In this document: positions 12,800-25,434 of the stretch, piece after piece
Position numbering within the stretch: position 1 is the first letter of the stretch
Layout of the letters: each line of letters opens with the position of its first letter
The notes under the pieces: model-generated
Databases searched by the model: none
Seen by the model: the letters and a program-made list of their open reading frames with translations, nothing else
What the model was told of the DNA's origin: nothing
NCBI GenBank assembly: GCA_013265495.1
Contig: MU058384.1
Location: 4,575,239-4,639,238 of the forward strand
Origin: Vicugna vicugna
Lineage: Eukaryota
Reading direction: 5' to 3'
DNA: 64,000 nucleotides
Program-made: the position numbers and the translations under genes

Positions 12800-14100
12800 C
12801 TCGAGCCAGACTGTGTAAACAATGCAACATTTTTAGATCTCACTTATTCTCATTCTATGTCCCCTCCTTTAGAAGAACCATCTGCCAGCATCTTTTCAAT
12901 CTCTACCTATAACTGCTGATTGATACAATATCAAGAACTAGCCCCAACTCTATTCTGAGCTCCAGACTTCCAGTTACTACTGGAGATAGTTAATCAGGCT
13001 CCACAGACACGAGTCCTGGCCAAAATGAACCTTATCACTCTTGGCTCCAACCTGCACCTCTGCCAGTTTTACTCACTAACCGAAGTACCCTGGCACCACT
13101 TAGTACTTACCCAATAATCATCCTGTGCCATGCCTCTCTCACTCCCCATCAAGTTGCCTCGGTTGTTCCTACCACCATCAGACCTCTCACAGCTGCCTTT
13201 CCCCCAGCCCCATGGCAGCCTGAGTCTAGTTACCTGAAGAGGCTGTGATGCTCAGCATGCATTCCATCTGCTCTCCCCCAGTTCCCAGCCTCCTGTGGTT
13301 AGGCAGAGCCACGTAGCCAGTGGTGACTGCAGGAAAATGACATGTGTCACTTTCATCCGGAAGCATAAAAGAGCCATTGCGCAACCTTGCAGCTGCCTCT
13401 TGCCTCAGTGCAGTGATTGAAAACATCTGGTATGTTCCAGATGGTGTAGTCAAAACATGGTGGAGCCTGAGTCCCTGAGAGATGCTGAGAAACAGAGCTT
13501 CTGAGATCTGTGTAGGGGCGTGAGAAAGAGGGGGAAATACCCTTTGATGCACTGAGCTACTGAGATTTAAGCATCGTTTGTTACTACATCGTAACCTAGC
13601 TAATGCTAACCCTCGTGGACTGGTCTCCTCGTCTTCAGGACAGCCCTGCTTCAATATTCTATACAACCTCAGAAGTGATCTTTCTAAAATGAATATATTA
13701 TCATGTCATAAATAATCATCCCCATGTCCTGCGCAAAACTCTTCAGTGACTCGTACCACTTACACTGTATATTCCAAAGTCTCTGTCATCGTCTGTGAAG
13801 GGCCATGGTCTGTCACAGCTTGCCTTCCAGCCTCGTCTCCCATTAGCCATTGAGACTGTAGCTGAGTCCAACTACCTGCACATTCCCAAGTGGGTTTGTT
13901 CACTCACTTCTGGCCTTGAAGGTGCTGCTGCCTGCACGTAATGTTCTCCCCAACCTCACCGTCGTCTGCCTGGCAAACTCCTGTCCCTTACTCAGGACTC
14001 ACCTCAGATACATTTTCCCTAAGGATGCCACTCTGACTCCAAGGAGCAGAGGTAACCCCACTTGGATGGAGCTGCACAACATTCTGTTCTGAGTTCCACA
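12800..14100. mobile_element. L2 fragment interrupted by an MLT1-type LTR (~13240-13610)
   Basis: L2 motifs (ctgagctccagac, agaagtgatctttctaaaa, cctggcaaactcct). Internal LTR ends gagctactgagattt...gtttgttactacatcgtaacctagc. Confidence 0.6.
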
Positions 14101-14242
14101 CCACATTGCATGGAAGCATAGTTCTTTTCTCTTTCTCAGTCCTTTTATTCCCTGTCCATCTGTCTTTCAGACTCTTCTATTCTTACCACTAATTCCCAGT
14201 CACACAAAATTTCTCATAATGAATGCCACAAAAACAGCCTAC

Positions 14243-14446
14243 CAAAAATTGAATTAAACACAAAAACCAATACGAAAGCTTTTACAAACTGCATTTTAAA
14301 AATAATGTAACAGATTACTTTCTTTTCTTTTCAACTCAATTTATTGAAAAAAGGGAATATAGATACCATAGGATAATTTCATATACTTTTAGATGTTTAG
14401 TTCATTTCTTTTTAATGATGAGCAGAATTATATAGAAGAGCAGAAC
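14243..14446 (-). pseudogene. Pseudo-exon, YPM..FPFF.N..F.KA module
   Basis: Strong acceptor ttcattcctctttcttcag|G. Reads GSALLYNSAHH*...NYPMVSIFPFFNKL.../MQFVKAFVL. Donor TTG|GTAGGC. Confidence 0.5.
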
Positions 14447-14534
14447 CTGAAGAAAGAGGAATGAAGTTGATGTCTAGTCTTCTCTCTCTGGCTATAATTT
14501 GCTACTGCTGTGCAGGCAAAACCCAAGCACTTAC

Positions 14535-14694
14535 CATTACCTACATCTAAAATTAATAAATTTCTAACTTTCACAACAGTGTTTTTGGTTTAGTAATGTG
14601 GAATATTTGCTTCTTAAAAACTTGAATGTTTTCTATTCTCCTGGTCATTATGATTGTCTCTTTATTAAAGAAATAACTTAGTTTTTAAAAATAT
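14535..14694 (-). pseudogene. Pseudo-exon upstream of an 88 nt GTAAGT...AG intron
   Basis: Donor ATG|GTAAGT at 14535 pairs with the acceptor at 14447. Peptide is degraded (HSSF*EA...VRNLLILDVGN) and the start is uncertain. Confidence 0.4.
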
Positions 14695-15383
14695 CTAAAT
14701 TTCATCAAACTTAGATCCATCACAAAAATACTTTATGCCTTTTCAATGAATATGCATAGCAATGTCTTGGACAAATGATAAGAAATTGATTAATTTTTGC
14801 CTTATTTCTGACCAACTCATTATAGGGACTACAACCATGAAATTAATTCCTCTTCTGCTTTAATTTTCTGACCAGACACTCCTAAGGTTTCTTATCTAGG
14901 GATCCTTATAGTCACTTGCAGCAGCAAAATGGGAAAGTCTCTGAAATTAAAGGCTTTATAGCTTAAAAAAGTCTAAAGACACCAAGAGCTATGAAATTCT
15001 GTATGTTGTCTGACTCTAAAGCAAATACATAGAAAACAAAACTTTAAAAAACTGCCGGAAGAGGGAAAAGACCAATTTAGAAATTAAAATCAGTTGATGC
15101 GTATTAAATAGTCATGGAATCAACTGACACAGCGTTAGGATTAGTTAAAATCAAATCGTATCAGATTGTATGGAAAATCCTAAATTTAATGGAATTTCCC
15201 TTCAAATGATGCAAGGCCAGAACTAGACTCAAGAGGTAAAGTTGTCCTTACAGCTTACTTCTGAAATTTGATCTTGTCTATCTATTTTTGTAGATACACA
15301 ATCTTTCATTAAGTGGCTATTTACTGACCAATGGTACTGTCCAAAATATTGTAATAGATTCCTTAGCTTCAATAACAACTTAC

Positions 15384-15723
15384 TTCCTTCCAGCTTGAAA
15401 TGTATAGGAAATTTTAATAGATTATCACATATAGGTTTAAATTCTCAAGATCATGCAAGAGAAATGCCAGGGAAAGAGCCAGTGATTCCCAGTGATTCCA
15501 TTTGCTAGTGCTCTGGGGTATTATTCCTTGTTCACGTCTCATCCATTTAACAGTAATTTATAAACCTTCTCATTAGCTTGGACCATTTTGGCAAGGATCT
15601 GATTTGGCAGCTTAACGTATAGGCTTTTTCTGCCCTTGAAAATGTAAGGTAGCACTCTGTAGCCATGATATATAACCGACTTTCATGACCCACATGAAAT
15701 ATGTGAGTACAACCGTAAACACA
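15384..15723 (-). pseudogene. Pseudo-exon containing an EGF-like domain
   Basis: Long C/T tract then ctccag|; donor GAA|GTAAGT. Reads LSCQ/SDPCQNG...YK..LNG*DVN (EGF CxxDPCQNG...YxCxCxxGWxGxNC, TGG>TGA). Confidence 0.6.
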
Positions 15724-16125
15724 CTGGAGAAGGAGGTGGGAGCGCAGGGGAGTGGACGTGGAGAGGCAGAGCATACCCACAGCACCCCCCCACCCCCGCT
15801 CTCATTCTGAAGTCCAGGCACATGGAAGAGGCCTGGGCAGGGCGGTGCCAGCTGGCCAGCGGCGCTTCTGAGTGCGGAGGCCGAGGCCATTCCACAGACC
15901 TGCATCCTCTCTAATCCCACAGCTCATTGTGCAGTCCCCTCACTTGGCCTTCCTTATGCTCTGTTTTCCTCATTCCAGTACAGAGGAAACCAACGCTAAA
16001 AATGTTTTCTGCACATCACATTAACTTTATTTTATCCCGATTTACACTTCGCTCTCTCTCTGAGGAAAATGGAATGTGGTCTGGTTCTCTGATTTGTGTC
16101 CATTAAACTCTCTGTTCTCTGTCAG

Positions 16126-16157
16126 GTCACTTAATCCCAGGAAGGTTCATGAGAGGG
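16126..16157 (+). other. Candidate 32 nt cassette exon of an unidentified plus-strand host transcript
   Basis: ttaaactctctgttctctgtcag|GTCAC...GAGAGGG|gtatgt. Downstream TGCATG and several YCAY motifs in non-repeat DNA. Confidence 0.3.
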
Positions 16158-16799
16158 GTATGTGTACTGCTTCATGTTATTCTGTACCTTGTCACCTTCG
16201 TTTCCTTTTTGAATCATGTTTTGTTGGTTCTACTTCAAATTATGAAATGGATTGTTCCCCAGAGTGCATGACATCATGCATTTTTAATGGATGTGACATG
16301 GAAATTAAATGCTTTTAAACCCTTCTGAAACAGTAGTAAGATGGATTCATTACCACACTGATTCCATTTCTTGTAGAACATTTAATTTAAAAATTTGTAG
16401 TAACATGTCAGTAAGTGGCAGGCTTCCAGCTACTGCTTGTAGTCTAGAAAGAAATGTGTGGACAGTAATGCAAGATACACTTATCAATGTGATCATCCTC
16501 TTGCTGTATATGGCATACAATGGCTCCCGGAGGACAGAAAACTATCTTTATCCTTTTCCACAGCCCCAACATCTTGCTCAGGATCTAGAGTATAGTGGGT
16601 GCCTAATATATGCTGACTGAAAGAATGAATGAATAAATGATGGAACACATAAAACTTGAATACTCATTTATGGATGGTACAAATGATAAGAGAGTCTATT
16701 TTTTCATCTCCTCAAGGTAAACACCTTAATATGATGAAAGCTTTTTTTTCTTTTAGAAAATGAGAATACATCATTGAATAATTTCCATCTCTCTGATCT

Positions 16800-17265
16800 T
16801 TCTGGATAAAATGTCCTTTGGATACCTCTCTGACCTAATTCCCTACTGCTCCCACCCCTACCCGAAATTAGTTCCAGGCCCCTAGCCTCTCTGCTGTTCC
16901 CGGCAAACATGCCAAGAACACTGACACTCCAGAGTCTTTGTTCTTATTCTCCTGTCTGGGACACTGTTCTTTCCAATACACCCCTGGCATGCTTCCTGGC
17001 TTCATTCAGGTCTCTGTTCGAGTGTAACCTCAGAGACGTCATTCCTAATCACCCTAATTTAAAAGCACACTTTTCCCATCACTTTCTCTACAGTACTTTC
17101 TGTCATGTGGCATCGTATTTATTTATTTGTTAATTTTCTGTCTCCCAACCACACATACACCAGGACATTAACTTCATGAAAGCAAAGAATTCTCTGTTTT
17201 ACTTACAGTATATCCCCAGTATCTAAAACAGTGCCTGTCAAAAAAAATATTTGGTGAATGAATAA
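16800..17265. mobile_element. L2 3' fragment
   Basis: cctctctgctgttccc...ttcattcaggtctctg...aacagtgcctg...atttggtgaatgaataaa. Confidence 0.7.
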
Positions 17266-17779
17266 ATTTAGGTCTTATTTGGTTAGCAAGACATTTAATA
17301 AAGAGGTAGCACCCATGTTGGAAGGAAAAATGGATTGTGTTGAGAAGGATTCAGTTCTATCATTCACTAACCAAGACCTTGGACAAATCTTGAATCTTAC
17401 TGAATCTCAACTTTTCTCTCAATTAAAAAAAGATATATAATGATTCCTGCATTGAGAGAACACAAGAGAACCGCAATTTCAGGAAAGATCAAGATAGAAA
17501 CAGACAACATTTTCCAGAGCATGAAGCCATGCTTATCCGGAGGCAAGAGATGCTAAGTTAGGAGTAGATGACACTTCTAAAACTCTATATTTTATCTGCT
17601 GTTTGTTGTTCTCTCTCAGCTTTCTGCAGAGCAATTAATTGTTATAGCAAATTAGCTCAATTTAATCATTATAATTTAAAAATTGTAAAGGTGCTTAGAA
17701 AATCTCAAAATATCCTTGATTTCCTTTAGCAGTAAGGAGTGCAGCCAATTGTTTTCCTTGCTGTGTCCCCTGAGTCTCT

Positions 17780-18175
17780 TTAACAATTCCTCCATCCCAT
17801 TCCACAAGATTCTGGAGGTGTTTCCAATCAGGGACTCCCTTTTCCTCTAAGGGATGGACATGTGACCTGGCCTGGCCTGTCAGCATCCTTTAATCTGGGA
17901 CTGATATTAGGACTGGCAAAAAAAAAGCAAGTCTCTTTCCTTCTCTTTCTTTCTGGAAAAATTCTGCATGCTGGTTGCCCCTTTTTTCTAACCACATGGA
18001 AAGGAACAGTTTAAGTAGGAATGATGCCAACACAGAGAAAGCAGAGTTGAGAGATGAAGAGAAGGTCTTGATGACATTTAAACATGTCTGAAGTCAGCAC
18101 CAGCTTTTATACCCAGAACTTTTAAGTTATGTGAGCCAACAAATTATCTTTTATTTAAGCTAATTGGAGTTGGTA
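17780..18175. mobile_element. MLT1-type (ERVL-MaLR) LTR
   Basis: catgtgacctggcctggcc...agttatgtgagccaacaaatt...tttaagctaattggagttgg. Confidence 0.65.
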
Positions 18176-18327
18176 GAGGCTTAAGAAACACAGGAGCACA
18201 CGGAGAAAACAGTGAGATTGAGTTCTGCTTTGTAGAAAACACAAAGATAAGGCTTGATCCAAAGCCTCAAAGCAATTAGGTGGAAAAAGGTTTAATTAAT
18301 TCCTGCATTTCATAAAAGTCACTTTAC

Positions 18328-18558
18328 TCCCCCAACCCAACCCCTATTGTCATCACTTCTGATCCCAGGTCAGGGGAGCCCCAGTAGTGCTTGGAATTGA
18401 AGAAATTCCAAATTTCACTGGCTGGTTAGGAGTAACGCAGGGATAGAGGGTCCAACACCACTGCTAGTCGGCCAAAAGGGAGTCATGTTCCTGTCATCTA
18501 GGCTTGGACTCCAAATGCATTTTTCCACACAGTCATTAACACTCCAAATAGATTGATT
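18328..18558 (-). pseudogene. Pseudo-exon, C-type-lectin-like N-half
   Basis: Acceptor attatttcag. Reads LMTVWKNAFGVQA*MTGT*LPFGRLAVVLDPLSLRYS*PASEIWNFFNSKHYWG (CTLD W..A...GxLA...YW). Confidence 0.55.
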
Positions 18559-18685
18559 CTGAAATAATATTAGTGGAAGTCAGTGGGTCCAGCAAGTAAC
18601 CAGGTTGCTTACAAACAAACGTTTGAAACATACTACAGTCTAAATGGGGACTGTCAATAATTTTTTATGGTTTAGCACTGTAAAG

Positions 18686-18688
<3 letters not shown>

Positions 18689-18716
<28 letters not shown>
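18689..18716. repeat. (TG)n microsatellite
   Basis: Direct reading. Confidence 0.95.
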
Positions 18717-18757
18717 ATGTATATGATTAATCGTTCATTCTCAGTTACAAAAAAGTA

Positions 18758-19258
18758 ACAACTTTCAAAGTGTGGTACAGGGAACCCTGGAGGTCTTGGA
18801 GACCCCCTTTAGAGAGTCCATAAAGTCAAATATACCTTCATAATAATTCCAAGACATTATTTACCTTTTTCTCTCTTGTTCTTTTACAAGTATACAGTGG
18901 AGTTTTCCAAAAGCCTAATGATATGTAATATCAGACAGATGAAACGGAGAAATAGATGAGAATCTAGTGTTTCTTACAAAACTAGACATTAAAGAGATTT
19001 GCAAAATACTCTCGAACAATGACACTCTTTGAAAATTATAATTTTTTTCATTAAACATTTGTTATTTATATTAATGTGAAATGGGTTTATTGTCGTTTTA
19101 CAATGAGTAATAAACTTATTTTTTAATTTCTCAATTTTAATTTCTAATCTGCTAAATATTGATGGATGTAGCCCACATTAATAAAAGAGCTTTGAGGTCC
19201 TCAATGATTTTTAAGATTATTAAGTGTTCCTGAGATCAGAAGGTTTGAGAATCGCTGT
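18758..19258. mobile_element. Charlie1-related hAT non-autonomous element
   Basis: 5' ...tcaaagtgtggt and 3' gtttgagaatcgctg termini. Confidence 0.65.
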
Positions 19259-19369
19259 AGTAGGTGAGCCAGTTGAAAATACATTCAGGTAAAATTTGCA
19301 ATAACTGGATATTGAACAACTTAACTACCAAATCTAAACTCCATGCATTTTTAAAAGTCTGAAAGCTAC

Positions 19370-19498
19370 CTGTTGTAATCCTCAGAATGATATTCTTATA
19401 ATTTATTAAAATGGGTGTTTAACATGTCTATGTTAAGTTGAAAGTGCCTCTATGAGAAACCATTTATCTGCTCTGGAATGCTGTTATCTTTAGCACAC
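19370..19498 (-). pseudogene. Pseudo-exon, 129 nt, phase 2-2
   Basis: T-rich tract then tacag|; donor CAG|GTAGCT. Reads CAKDNSIPEQINGFS*RHFQLNIDMLNTHFNKL*EYHSEDYN. Phases match the neighbouring segments. Confidence 0.55.
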
Positions 19499-19593
19499 CT
19501 GTACTCATAAAAATAAAAAAAAAAGATAGTACTATCATTGTTATCATTTTGCAGATTCCTCCAGGCTAGGTCTTTTTAGCAGTATCAACTAAA

Positions 19594-19973
19594 GCAAGTT
19601 TTGGCAAATTTTTCTGTAAAGGGCTGTGTTGTAAATGTTTTCGTCTTTTCAGGACAGGTGGTTTCTGTCTCAACTGCTCAGCTCTGCCATTGTAGCATGA
19701 AAGCAATCATAGGCAATATATACAAATGCCTGTGGCTGTTTTCCAACAAACCTTTACTTATAATCACTGAAATCTGAGTTTCACATAATTTTTATGAAAC
19801 ATTTTTCTTCTTTGGTTTTTGTTCTTTCTTTGCTTTTATGCATGTCATGAAATATTCTTTTTCCTTGGTTTTTAACCATGTGAATATCTAAAAACTCTTC
19901 TTAGCTCAGGGGCAGGTCAAAAATAGGTGGTGGGTTGAACTTGGTCTGCATGTTGTAGTTTGCCAACCCCCAG
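19594..19973. mobile_element. MER58-like hAT-Charlie element
   Basis: ttggcaaatttttctgtaaagggc...caactgctcagctctgccattgtagc...gtagtttgccaacccc. Confidence 0.8.
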
Positions 19974-20335
19974 TCTAGAGTATGCTCTGCAGAATTTAAT
20001 CCTTTAAGATCCTCTGTGACAAAGGGTTCCACGATTTAATGAGTCTGGGAAATGCTGCAGTGGAGATTCAAACTGCAGGCTGTAATTTAAAGCTTATAAA
20101 ATATCCTTCAATAATTTTTTTTTTGTTTTTCAGTAAGTTTATCAAATCTAGTGGATCACAAAAACATTTCTTTAAACAATAATTTTTTATTGCTTTCAAA
20201 ACACTGTTTCATGGAATTTACATTGGGAATTATTGCTCTAAAGGATCCCCAACTCAAATGTCTCCAGGTACATTGTATAGTATCGATGTATGATACAGGC
20301 TCTGTGTAAGAAGATAGGTATTAATTTTTTCATAC

Positions 20336-20477
20336 CTGTCCATTAGCAGTGCCTTTTCGTCATATAAAATTATATGTGGTGGAAATGACTTCCATATTTC
20401 AAGATTCAGTACACAAAGAAAGGCAGTTGGACAGAGCTACTTATCTTGACATGAATGATACCATATGCAGCCGCATC
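20336..20477 (-). pseudogene. Pseudo-exon, C-type-lectin-like C-terminal part
   Basis: Donor CAG|GTATGA. Reads CGCIWYHSCQDK*LCPTAFLCVLN...LLMDR, ending in phase 2. Acceptor weak. Confidence 0.45.
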
Positions 20478-20574
20478 CTCGGGGAATCATCAGAGAAGGA
20501 CATAGTAAAGATTTAGTGAGAGAGGGTATAATACTTATGCTTTTGCTTTTGCCTGATTCTGTGTGATTTTTAAC

Positions 20575-20850
20575 AAGATGTTTCCCAAACTTAATGTGTA
20601 AACAAATTATCTGAAATCTTGTTAAAATCCAGATTCTGAGTTATTAGTAAATCTGGGTGGTACCCAAGTGTCTACATTTCTAACAAATTCCAGGTAATAA
20701 CACTGGAGATCCATGGGGTTAGAGTTCAGGAAGAGACTTCTTGCATTGTACAAATTCAGTGAAATTCAATGACCTACAGAATAGAAGAATTTCCATGTTC
20801 GCAAGATCCCCAGATAATTTTATATGCACTTTCAACTCAGAGAAGCACTG
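20575..20850. mobile_element. MER5-like MITE fragments
   Basis: tttcccaaactt...cttgttaaaatccagattc...catttctaacaaattccagg...gagaagcactgctct. Confidence 0.6.
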
Positions 20851-22211
20851 CTCTGGAGCCAGTTTCCATGAACACATTCTTAATGTGTTGGAAAGTCAGT
20901 CCAGCTGCACTAGATAATCTCTACCAATAGTGAAATACAGTCTTTTAATAAGTAAGGGAAAAAAAAGAGAATGAGATTCTTCCCTTCTAAGACTCTGTTA
21001 AGAGAGCATTGCCTCACCTTGAAAAGTCCAGAAATGACTTATGAGGTAACCCTGGCATACCATCTAAAGAATCCGCATTTATATCCAGGAGACAAAAGAG
21101 AGTGCAGAGCATGGGCTCAGAGGTCAGATATAAAAACTTCTGATATCTGGAATTGGCAAAAAGAACTACATAGTTGAGCCATAAAAAATCATTTTAAGAA
21201 TGCTAAATTTCAAAGGAAATATTCCAATTAATGAAAATTGGTGGGATCACAAGTGGTGAGTATTCAGTAAAGCCACGCCCTACACCTGCAGCACATCCTT
21301 TGGGGCGCTGGCTTGAGGTGGTAATCAAAAGCTTGGTGCTCTCTTTCCCAACCAAAGGTCACGGAATAAGGACACACACCCTGAAAGGTTTATAGACATT
21401 ACACAAGGCACACGTACATAAAACAGAAACCATATGAGGATACTTGATAAATATTTATTGAATGAGCTCAAGAATATCAGACTTGGGTTCTGAATAAAAG
21501 AGTTGTAATTTGTGTGGTTGTTCTAATTTTTAGGCGGTGACAACTGTGACATTCCTTGGACTAGGGAATTCTCTATCTTGGCACTTTGATTTGATGGGTG
21601 GTGAAAGGGGGCTTAGGAAGGGTATTGTGTTGGCAAACCAAGTATTAAAAGTCAGCAAAAGATGTTTGGGACACCATGAGAAGATGCTGGGGGAAAATAG
21701 CCATGTTCTTGTTAATAAGTATACTGAAATTTCAAGAATGGAACAAAGAATACTGATCTCTTGAGAAATGGTTGCTTACAGCAATGAACAAAGGCACCCA
21801 CTCAAATGAAAGAGAGCAGCACAATTATATTCAGCTCAGAGTCTAGCCTGGCAGAATGGTGACTTTAGAGGCCACTTGAGCCCTGTAAAGCTCTCCCTGG
21901 GCTCCACATGAAGGAAAGGACATGATATATACCTTTGTTCACAGACTTAGCTTCCTAAATCACCCAGCTCTTTTATTACATTTCCCCTCATTTATTTTTT
22001 TCATCCTCTGGCTCCAGGCCTGACTTTTCCCCCATCACAATTAAGTTTTTATCCTTAGCCTTGGAGCACATTCTACCTCTTCTGGTCATGACCCCAGTTA
22101 CTCATGAGCTCATTCAATAAATATTTATCAAATATTGTCACATAGTTTTACTTCTTCATTTTTCCAGTGAATTAATGAAGTTTTTTGATGATGCTTCTCT
22201 TTTTATTTCAC

Positions 22212-22366
22212 CAGCCCCAAAATCACTTGGGACTTAACATCTGGTCCACTTTTGCATGCAGGGATAACACACACCAGTACTGACCAGAACAGACCACATT
22301 TAATAGTCTATTATCCTTGATTGCCCAGATTGACAATAGTTGCATAGGCTTTGGCTAACATGTTCT
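22212..22366 (-). pseudogene. Pseudo-exon, SUEL-lectin-like second half
   Basis: Acceptor ctctctgctattttag. Reads KDNRLLNVVCSGQYWCVLS (SUEL V...CxG+xxCx+). Donor uncertain. Confidence 0.45.
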
Positions 22367-22947
22367 CTAAAATAGCAGAGAGAACCCATTCATTATGAAA
22401 CAACATACCTTCATCGATGGCCAACACATTTTATACATTTTTTTTATCTGAGTAAAATTAGACAAGCAGCTAATTTTAGGTCAAGAGATGTCTTTTCCTT
22501 TTACATTTCAGATGACATGCTTTATAACTATATTTATTATATAGAACAAACCCACTGTGAAACTGTAACTCAACTGAATTAAAACTATTGAAGTTTGTCC
22601 ATAAAATAAAATAATGTCTATAGTTTTAAATAGATAAATTTTCTAAGTATAGCTTATCACTTTTATACACATATTAAAAAGTTTAAAACTTCATGGTAAA
22701 AAAGGTTATATTTTTTGACCCTTAAAATACAAAATTCTATATACAAGAAGGTTTTCCCCTATTAGTCAATACATAATGAGTCAAACAATCTCATATAACT
22801 TCAGCTTATTTTTAAACTAAAGCTAATAATAAACTTACTTTGTGCAAAAATCAAGCTTTATACAGCTATAACTGCTCTGAATATGTAAATGAATGAAGAC
22901 AGATTGATAAGGCATATTGCTCACTGACCAAGACTGAATAAGTTTAC

Positions 22948-23150
22948 CTACTGCATAATTTTATTCATAATTATAAAATAATTAGAAGGCACAGTTAGGA
23001 TGAAAAGGACCCACTCTACAATTGTCTTTGAAGTCGTTTGTTTTTCTTGTTAATATTTAATTTTAGCTTGTTATTATAGCTAGCTTGGAGTCTTTGGGAC
23101 ACGTGAAAATATTCTTATGGCTTTTGAAGTACTTGCCCTGAAGTGTCTGC
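22948..23150 (-). pseudogene. Pseudo-exon, SUEL-lectin-like first half
   Basis: tttttacattatagtag| acceptor, TAG|GTAAAC donor. Reads KNIFTCPKDSKLAIITS*...RKTNDFKDNC. Confidence 0.45.
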
Positions 23151-23934
23151 CTACTATAATGTAAAAAAAATTTCATGGTAGAAGTTGCCACTCTCCTCTT
23201 CTCTTACTTGGTATTTCTCTGCCTGCATCTTCTACTCTTCATCTCAGAGAAAACCATAGGTATTGGAGAAATCAAAATAACAAAAATTCCAATACAGACA
23301 TGCATTATCTTGGTGAAAGCCCCACATAACAGCTCTATGCACGGTTTTCACCATCATACACATAAATAAACTGCGACTCAGAGAAATTAGCAACTTTATC
23401 CAAAATTGCACAGTTAGTAAGTGATGAACAAAGCCAGGCTCATATCTGATTCCAAGTTGCATCAATAACAATAGCAACAATAAGAACAACAAGTACATCA
23501 CTGAGTGATGCCTGCTCGCTGCGTTACTGAGCATGTCCCAAGAGTATCTCAATCCTCACAGCAGCAGCATGAGGTAGATTCATGTTAAATCCCAATTTTG
23601 TGGATGAGGGGATTTGGTACAGACAGGTTAAACAGCTGTCTAAGTCTACGATGCTGATGAAGGACAGCACAGAGATTTGAATCAGGGTGTTCTGAATCTA
23701 GTGCCTACCTGCTTAATATTCAGTTAGGGGCACCTTTATTAAGAATGTATTTTAAACTAGCCAGTCACCAATATTACCCTTATTGATACAGCTTATTATA
23801 TATAACATGTTGCCAAAAAGTTAACGTATTTATGTCTGTGTTTATTTACATTTTTTAGCTTCTATCATGTGTCAGGAATGCTAGGTTTTGTGAATATTGA
23901 AACAAAAAGATACTCTCTCTGATCAAGAAGCTCA

Positions 23935-24582
23935 GAAAACCCTCTTCCACTGCTGGTGGGAATGTAGTTTGGTGCAGCATTATGGAAAACAGTATGGAGA
24001 TTCCTCAAAAGACTAAAAATAGACTTATCATATGATCCAGCAATCCCACTCCTGGGCATATATCCAGAGGGAACCTTAATTCAAAAAGATACATGCACCC
24101 CAATGTTCATAGCAGCACTATTTACAACAGCCAAGACTGGAAACAACCTAAATGTCCCTCAACAGATGATTATATAAAGAAGTTTGATATATTTATACAA
24201 TGGAATACTATTCAGCCATAAAAAGAATAAAATAATGTCATTTGCCCCAACGATGGATGAACCTGGAGATTGTCATTCTAAGTGAAATAAGCCAGAAAGA
24301 GAAAGAAAAATACCATATTTTATCACTTATATGTTGAATCTAAAAAAAAAAAACCAGACAAATGAATTTATTTATAAAGCAGAAACAGACTCACAGACAT
24401 AGAAAACAAACTTATGGTTACAAGGGGAGGAAGGGGGTGGGAAGGGATAAATTGGGAGTAGGAGATTTGCAGATACTAACTACTATACGAAAATAGATAA
24501 ATAACAAGGTCCTACTGTATAGCACAGGGAACTATATTCATTTCTTATAAATAACCTATAATGAAAAAGAACATGAAAAGGA

Positions 24583-24639
<57 letters not shown>

Positions 24640-24713
24640 CAACTGAATCACTATGCTGTATGCCAGAAATTAACACAACATTGTAAACTGACTGTACTTC
24701 AATAAAAAAAAAA
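23935..24713 (+). mobile_element. 5'-truncated L1 inserted into an L2
   Basis: ORF2 end and 3' UTR like the 3633-4632 copy. Internal (TA)n at ~24584-24639, poly-A tail, aagctc on both flanks. L2 sequence continues on both sides. Confidence 0.95.
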
Positions 24714-25434
24714 GCTCTCAATGGAGTTGGAAAAGATACATGTTAATAAATGCTACTGGAGGAGATGAGACAATGGGTCTCTCTCTATAGCTGCACAGAA
24801 AGGCTTTGTAGGAGAAATGAAGTTTAAGCAACAGGTAATGAATGAGGTAAAATGGCCCAGCCATCCACATTTGGTGTGGTGGACTCTAGGCAGTAGAAAT
24901 ACATGTGAGAAGATAACCTGGCCTGTTAGAGAAATAGCAGTTGTCTCATTATTCAAGGGGAGAGTGTGTATGAGGCTGACCCAAGAAATGGGCAGGTAAG
25001 CAGCATCTAACGTCAAAGGAGTTTCATCATGTTTAATTAATTAGTTGTTTCATACAGTTAACAAATATTTATTCAATGTCTGCAACATATCAGGAATGAT
25101 ACCAATCAGTTAGGAGGCAATAAAGACATTGTTCTGGCCCTCTAGCTAGGTATTGTGTTATTTCTCCTCTGAGGAGTTTGAATTTGGGAGGCAATAAATG
25201 AATTTAAGCAGGATGATATGATTGATTTCACACCTGTCAATAATTATTCCTGAGTAATGGTCTGAGGTGAAAAATCTGGCAAAAATGTTTAAAATTAATT
25301 ATACATCTCATGATTTCTAACATTTGTATCATTCCTTTCTCCTACTTAATTTTGGTGTAATTTTATCTTTGTCTAGCTTTTTAAGGTGGAGGTATAGAAC
25401 ACTGGTTTTAAACCTTTTCCCTTTCCTTTTTTTT

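Noticed and set aside
13226..13666. 146 aa minus-strand ORF
   Set aside because: Lies across an MLT1 LTR and L2 sequence with no protein-like features.
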